Source of the DNA: Candidatus Methylomirabilota bacterium
GTDB taxonomy: Bacteria; Methylomirabilota; Methylomirabilia; Rokubacteriales; CSP1-6
Reading direction: 5' to 3'
NCBI GenBank assembly: GCA_046726415.1
Contig: JBKPAK010000112.1
Span: forward strand, 8,086-72,085
Length of the DNA stretch: 64,000 nt
Below are positions 59,296 through 64,000 of the stretch, one piece after another (the stretch's first letter is position 1; every line of letters starts with the position of its first letter). The position numbers and the translations under genes were made by a program. A model generated the notes under the pieces. That model saw only the letters and a list, made by a program, of their open reading frames with translations, was not told the DNA's origin and did no database searches.

Positions 59296-59712
59296 CTAGA
59301 GCGTCCGGGTCCGCGTCACGAACTTCGTGGTGATGCCGATCTTCTGGGCCGCCGTACGGAAGGCCTCGCGAGCGATGTCCTCGGAGACGCCTTGCATCTC
59401 GTACATGATGCGACCGGGCTTCACCACCGCCACCCATTCTTCCGGGTTCCCCTTTCCCTTGCCCATTCGCGTCTCGGCCGGCTTCTTGGTCACGGGCTTG
59501 TCGGGGAAGATCCTGATCCACACCTTGCCACCCCGCTTGAGGCTCCGCGTGAGGGCCACCCGGGCCGCCTCGATCTGGCGGTTGGTCACCCAGCCCGGTT
59601 CCAGCGCCTTCAGCCCGTAGTCGCCGAAGGCCAAGGTCGACCCACGCTGGGCCTTGCCCTTCATGCGCCCGCGCTGGGTCTTGCGGTACTTGACGCGCTT
59701 GGGCATCAACAT
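59296..59712 (-). CDS. rplP: 50S ribosomal protein L16
   Basis: [24 protein letters not shown]. Confidence 0.98.
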   Translation of the reverse strand: MLMPKRVKYRKTQRGRMKGKAQRGSTLAFGDYGLKALEPGWVTNRQIEAARVALTRSLKRGGKVWIRIFPDKPVTKKPAETRMGKGKGNPEEWVAVVKPGRIMYEMQGVSEDIAREAFRTAAQKIGITTKFVTRTRTL

Positions 59713-59722
59713 GGCGGGCTTC

Positions 59723-60367
59723 TCACGCCTCCGGCGAGCCGGCGCGCAGCACTTCCCCCTTGAAGATCCACACCTTCACGCCGACGGTCCCCGCAGTGGT
59801 GTGAGCGGTGGCCAGGCCGTAATCGATGTCGGCCCGAATGGTATGCAGGGGAACCCGTCCCTGGCGATACCACTCCCGACGCGCGATCTCCGCGCCTCCC
59901 AGCCGTCCGGCACAGGCGATGCGGATACCATCCGCGCCCAATCGCAGCGCAGAGGTGACCGCCTTCTTCATGGCCCGCCGAAAGGCCACGCGCTTCTGCA
60001 GCTGCAGGGCGACGTTCTCGGCGACCAGCTGCGCGTCCAGCTCCGGATGGACGACCTCTTCGATGTTGAGATAGATCTCCTTGGCTGTCCGCAGCTGGAG
60101 CTCGTTCTTCAGCTTCTCCACCTCCGAGCCCTTGCGACCGATGATGATGCCCGGTCGCGCAGTGGCGATGGTGATGCGGGCCCGGTTCACGGATCGCTCG
60201 ATGTCGATGCGGGCGATGCCCGCGTGATAGAGCTGATCCTTGATGAAGCGGCGGATCTTCACGTCCTCGTGCAGCAGCGACGCGTAGCTCTTGGTGGCGA
60301 ACCATCGCGAGCTCCACGTTCGCGTGGACCCCAGCCGGAATCCGATCGGGTGCGTCTTCTGCCCCAT
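59723..60367 (-). CDS. rpsC: 30S ribosomal protein S3
   Basis: [30 protein letters not shown]. Confidence 0.98.
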   Translation of the reverse strand: MGQKTHPIGFRLGSTRTWSSRWFATKSYASLLHEDVKIRRFIKDQLYHAGIARIDIERSVNRARITIATARPGIIIGRKGSEVEKLKNELQLRTAKEIYLNIEEVVHPELDAQLVAENVALQLQKRVAFRRAMKKAVTSALRLGADGIRIACAGRLGGAEIARREWYRQGRVPLHTIRADIDYGLATAHTTAGTVGVKVWIFKGEVLRAGSPEA

Positions 60368-60370
60368 CGC

Positions 60371-60790
60371 TTAGTCCCCGTCCTTGGGCGGCGTGGGTCG
60401 CGGCCTGACCCTGCTCGCGGGGCGGTCCCGCCGCTTCGCCGCCCCTCCGGGCCTGACCTCGTCGCTCACGGCGATCGTGAGGTGACTGGTCCGGTGCTTG
60501 ATGAAGAAGGCTCGCCCCATGGCCCGCGGCGACACCCGCTTCATGGACGGTCCACCGTCCGCGATGGCGCCCACTACGCGAAGGTCATCGAGGTTCCGCA
60601 CCTGGTGGTTGTTCTCTGCATTGGCCACCGCCGAGCGCAGGACCTTCTCGATGAGCCGCGCCGCCGCCCGCGGCGTGTAGCGCAGGGTGGCCAGGGCCTC
60701 GCTGACTGGCTTTCCGCGGATCTGATCGAGCACCAGCCGTGCCTTGCGCGCGGAGAGGCGCACGTATCGCGCTCGGGCCTGCGTCTGCAC
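60371..60790 (-). CDS. rplV: 50S ribosomal protein L22
   Basis: RK.RLV.D.IRG, SA.ANA, PRAMGRA, TSH. Confidence 0.97.
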   Translation of the reverse strand: MQTQARARYVRLSARKARLVLDQIRGKPVSEALATLRYTPRAAARLIEKVLRSAVANAENNHQVRNLDDLRVVGAIADGGPSMKRVSPRAMGRAFFIKHRTSHLTIAVSDEVRPGGAAKRRDRPASRVRPRPTPPKDGD

Positions 60791-60796
60791 GGCGCT

Positions 60797-61090
60797 CTAC
60801 TTCTTCCCCGTGGGAGAGGCTGACGCCTTCTCGGCTGTTCCGTGGGCCCTGAAGGTCCGGGTGAGGGCAAACTCTCCGAGGCGGTGCCCGACCATGTTCT
60901 CGGTGACGTACACGGGAATGAACTTCTTCCCGTTGTGGACGGCCAGCGTGTGCCCCACGAACTCCGGGGGAATCGCCGACCGACGCGCCCAGGTCTTGAG
61001 AACCCTCTTCTGCCGGGTTGCGTTCAGCTCGTCCACGCGCTCGAGGAGTTTGGCGTCAATGTACGGGCCTTTCTTCAGCGAACGTCCCAT
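60797..61090 (-). CDS. rpsS: 30S ribosomal protein S19
   Basis: RSLKKGP, VHNG, GH.LGEF. Confidence 0.98.
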   Translation of the reverse strand: MGRSLKKGPYIDAKLLERVDELNATRQKRVLKTWARRSAIPPEFVGHTLAVHNGKKFIPVYVTENMVGHRLGEFALTRTFRAHGTAEKASASPTGKK

Positions 61091-61099
61091 CGATCGCTC

Positions 61100-61924
61100 C
61101 TACTTCGTCCGTCGGGTCACGATGTTGCGGTCGGACGGCCGAGCGCCACGCCGTGTCTTGTACCCCTTGGTGGGCTTGCCCCATGGTGTCATGGGGTGAT
61201 TGCCCTTTCCTTTTCCCTCGCCGCCGCCCATCGGATGGTCGACGGGGTTCATGACCGTGCCGCGCACCGTCGGACGGAACCCAAGCCAGCGCGAGCGGCC
61301 GGCCTTGCCGACGGACACGTTCTCGTGATCGAGGTTGCCGACCTGCCCTACGGTGGCCATGCACGACACGAGCACGGTACGCACCTCACCGGAGGGCAGC
61401 TTGAGGGTGGCGCGATCGCCCTCCTTGGCCAGCAACTGGGCCTGCGTGCCCGCGCTCCGGCAAAGCTGGGCCCCCCGGCCCGGCTGCAATTCCACATTGT
61501 GGACGAGGGTGCCCAGCGGAATGTTGCGGATGGGGAGCGCGTTGCCCGGCAGGATGTCCGCCTGCGGCCCCGACATCACGGTGTCGCCGACCTTCACGCC
61601 GAGCGGCGCAATGATGTACCGCTTCTCCCCGTCGCGATAGAACAGAAGCGCCAAGCGAGCCGACCGGTTCGGGTCGTACTCAATGGCGGCGACCCGCGCG
61701 GGAATCCCGAATTTCTCCCGGCGAAAGTCCACCTGCCGCAGCTTGCGCTTGGCCCCGCCTCCGCGATGCCGCACGGTGATGCGCCCGGCGGCGTTGCGGC
61801 CGTTCGTCCGGCGCTTGGGGAGGAGTAAGCTTTTCTCCGGCTCGGTCTTGGTGATCTCGTCGAAGGTGAGATAGGTGAGGTAGCGGCGCGCCGGCGACGT
61901 CGGCTTGACGATGCGAATGCCCAT
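61100..61924 (-). CDS. rplB: 50S ribosomal protein L2
   Basis: [21 protein letters not shown]. Confidence 0.98.
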   Translation of the reverse strand: MGIRIVKPTSPARRYLTYLTFDEITKTEPEKSLLLPKRRTNGRNAAGRITVRHRGGGAKRKLRQVDFRREKFGIPARVAAIEYDPNRSARLALLFYRDGEKRYIIAPLGVKVGDTVMSGPQADILPGNALPIRNIPLGTLVHNVELQPGRGAQLCRSAGTQAQLLAKEGDRATLKLPSGEVRTVLVSCMATVGQVGNLDHENVSVGKAGRSRWLGFRPTVRGTVMNPVDHPMGGGEGKGKGNHPMTPWGKPTKGYKTRRGARPSDRNIVTRRTK

Positions 61925-61927
61925 TGG

Positions 61928-62221
61928 TCAGGCGCCCTCCACCAGGTCGATCTTGTGCCCGGGGGCGAGCTTGACGAGGGCCTTCTTCCAATCCGGTCGG
62001 CGCCCCTGAAACCGCCCCATCCGCTTCAGCTTGCCCTCGAAGGAGGCGGTGCGGACGGCCGACACCTTGACGTTGAAGACGGCTTCCACGGCCGCCCGGA
62101 TCTCCACCTTGTTGGCGTCGGGCCGGACCTGAAAGGCCACCACGTTTTGCTCTTCCTTCTGTCGCATGTGCTTCTCGGTCATCAGGGGTCGAAGGACGAT
62201 CTGGCGGCTGTCGCGGTTCAT
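61928..62221 (-). CDS. rplW: 50S ribosomal protein L23
   Basis: P..TEK, ANK.EI..AVE..F.VKV, WKKA.V. Confidence 0.97.
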   Translation of the reverse strand: MNRDSRQIVLRPLMTEKHMRQKEEQNVVAFQVRPDANKVEIRAAVEAVFNVKVSAVRTASFEGKLKRMGRFQGRRPDWKKALVKLAPGHKIDLVEGA

Positions 62222-62847
62222 GGCGCGAGGGCCTCCTCGAGAGCCAGCAGCGCGGCGCGCTCGACGACCACGCGGCGCGCCCGCAGTAACTGGTACACCG
62301 ACACGTGAGTCGGCCCCTCCACGGTGATCCATGGCACATTCCGCGACGCGCGGAACAGAGGTTCGGCGAGGGTTGCCGTCACCACCAGCGTGGGGACGGG
62401 GGTCACGCCAAGCGCGGCCAGGCGGCGCACCAACGACTTCGTCTTGCCGTCCCCTCCGTCCAGCGCGTCCACCACGATGACTTCACCGGCCTCGATCTTG
62501 GCCGCCACCGCCGCTCGCAGGGCCTCACGGCGCATGGTCCGGGGCAACGCCTTGGCATAGCTGCGTGGCGTCGGCCCAAATGGCTTTCCCCCACCCTTCC
62601 ATTGCGTGGCGCGGATGGAGCCCTGGCGCGCGCGGCCGGTTCCCTTCTGGCGCCACGGTTTCTTGCCGCCTCCCGAGACCTCGCTTCGGCCCTTCGTGTC
62701 GTGAGTGCCGACCCTGCGGTCGGCGAGCTCCCGCTCCACGCTCTGGTGCAATAAGGGTCCTCGGATCTCCACACCGAACACCTCGGGGCGAAGCTCCAGC
62801 GTCCCGGCCGGCCCTCCTTGGGCGCTAATCACGTTGACGGTCGGCAT
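62218..62847 (-). CDS. rplD: 50S ribosomal protein L4
   Basis: TK.RSEVSGGGKKPWRQKGTGRARQG. Confidence 0.98.
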   Translation of the reverse strand: MPTVNVISAQGGPAGTLELRPEVFGVEIRGPLLHQSVERELADRRVGTHDTKGRSEVSGGGKKPWRQKGTGRARQGSIRATQWKGGGKPFGPTPRSYAKALPRTMRREALRAAVAAKIEAGEVIVVDALDGGDGKTKSLVRRLAALGVTPVPTLVVTATLAEPLFRASRNVPWITVEGPTHVSVYQLLRARRVVVERAALLALEEALAP

Positions 62848-62850
62848 CCC

Positions 62851-63525
62851 CTACTTTTTCTCCACGGCCTTCTGCTGAGCCTTGCTGAGCTTGACGCTCT
62901 TGCGCACGAGCAACAATGACCCCGTTGGTCCCGGGACCGCGCCGCGCACGAGGAGCAAGTTCTGCTCGGGCATCACGCGGACCACGCTCAGGTTGAGCAC
63001 CGTGCGCTGCTTTCCACCCATTCGCCCGGGCAGACGGTGTCCAGGCCACACCCGCGACGGATCGGAGGAGGCGCCGATGGAGCCCGGCGCGCGGTGGAAC
63101 ATCGACCCATGGGTTGCCTCACCACCCAGCCAGCCGTGGCGTTTGACCCCCCCTTGGAACCCCTGTCCCTTGGTGATCCCCACCACGTCCACCAGCTCGC
63201 CCGGGGCGAACACGTCCACGGTGACGGTCTGGCCCACGGCGTAGCTCTGCACCTTTTCGGTTTTCTCGAGGCGCACCTCGCGCAGGACCCGCAGCGGGGC
63301 GACGTTGACCTTCTTGAAGAACCCCGCCTCGGGTTTCGTCACGTTCTTTCGCTTGGATTCGAAGCCGAGCTGGAGCGCATCATAGCCGTGGGTGTCCCGG
63401 GTCCGAATCCCCACCACCGGGCACGGACCGGCCTGGATCACCGTGACCGGGATGTAATTCCCATCCTCGCCGAAGACCTGGGTCATCCCCATCTTGCGGC
63501 CGACCAGCCCTTCTTTTTTCGCCAT
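62851..63525 (-). CDS. rplC: 50S ribosomal protein L3
   Basis: K.GMTQ.F, KG.GFQG..KR, HRAPGSIG, GAVPG. Confidence 0.98.
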   Translation of the reverse strand: MAKKEGLVGRKMGMTQVFGEDGNYIPVTVIQAGPCPVVGIRTRDTHGYDALQLGFESKRKNVTKPEAGFFKKVNVAPLRVLREVRLEKTEKVQSYAVGQTVTVDVFAPGELVDVVGITKGQGFQGGVKRHGWLGGEATHGSMFHRAPGSIGASSDPSRVWPGHRLPGRMGGKQRTVLNLSVVRVMPEQNLLLVRGAVPGPTGSLLLVRKSVKLSKAQQKAVEKK

Positions 63526-63535
63526 GTCCCGAATC

Positions 63536-63856
63536 CTAGAGCTTGATCTCGACGTCGACCCCGGCTGGGAGGTCCAGCTTCATCAGGGCGTCGACGGTCT
63601 GGGGAGTGGGATCGACAATGTCCAGTAGCCGCTTGTGGGTCCGCATCTCGAACTGCTCGCGCGACGTCTTGTCGACGTGAGGACTGCGGAGTACCGTCCA
63701 GCGATTGATGATCGTGGGCAGCAGCACAGGACCCGCCACGCGGGCTCCCGTCCGGCGCACGGTTTCCACGATTTCCTTGACCGACCGATCGAGCAGGTGG
63801 TGATCGTAGGCCTTGAGCCGGATGCGGATCTTCTGATCGGCGGTCACCGTGGCCAT
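63536..63856 (-). CDS. rpsJ: 30S ribosomal protein S10
   Basis: [23 protein letters not shown]. Confidence 0.98.
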   Translation of the reverse strand: MATVTADQKIRIRLKAYDHHLLDRSVKEIVETVRRTGARVAGPVLLPTIINRWTVLRSPHVDKTSREQFEMRTHKRLLDIVDPTPQTVDALMKLDLPAGVDVEIKL

Positions 63857-63859
63857 CGT

Positions 63860-64000
63860 CTACTCCACGATGTCCGTGACCACGCCGGCCCCCACCGTCC
63901 GTCCCCCCTCCCGGACGGCAAACCGCAACTCCTTCTCCAGCGCAATCGGCGTGATCAGCTCCCCCGTGATCGTCACGTTGTCCCCCGGCATCACCATCTC
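63860..64000 (-). CDS. tuf: Elongation factor Tu, C-terminal fragment (5' part outside the window)
   Basis: Hand-translated: EMVMPGDNV...[21 protein letters not shown]. Confidence 0.97.
   Translation of the reverse strand, partial: EMVMPGDNVTITGELITPIALEKELRFAVREGGRTVGAGVVTDIVE

Overview
GC-rich bacterial chromosomal window, mostly core genome. The gene content and order (deltaproteobacterial-type pil/aroB/efp/acc synteny, many transporters and hydantoinases) suggest Candidatus Rokubacteria/Methylomirabilota, but this is an unverified inference. From left to right it contains: dnaK (3' end cut by the window edge); a hypothetical membrane protein; DUF1844; a mazG-macrodomain pair; a type IVa pilus cluster (pilB pilT pilC pilA pilD fimT pilV pilX pilMNOPQ); aroB-TPR-efp-accB-accC; a maleate-isomerase-family gene; a branched-chain amino acid ABC transporter; a MaoC-like gene; xerD; a catabolic module (two A+B-fused hydantoinase/oxoprolinase genes, an M20 amidohydrolase and a PotABCD-like ABC transporter); an internally deleted sigma54 activator; trxA, thiL, two CNNM/CorC genes and a dienelactone hydrolase; and the contiguous S10-spc-alpha ribosomal protein cluster with the 3' end of tuf. 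No rRNA, tRNA, CRISPR array or transposase was seen. The least explained signals are non-coding: (i) several families of dispersed structured GC-rich repeats in operon-internal spacers, including two copies inside the ribosomal operon and one apparently recruited as the linker of a gene fusion; (ii) short duplications at gene junctions; (iii) candidate leaderless extended -10 promoters; (iv) sigma54 promoters in the pilus cluster with no adjacent activator. A divergent RpoA and an unusual minor-pilin set (no PilW or PilY1, extended PilX, doubled FimT prepilin motif) also stand out.
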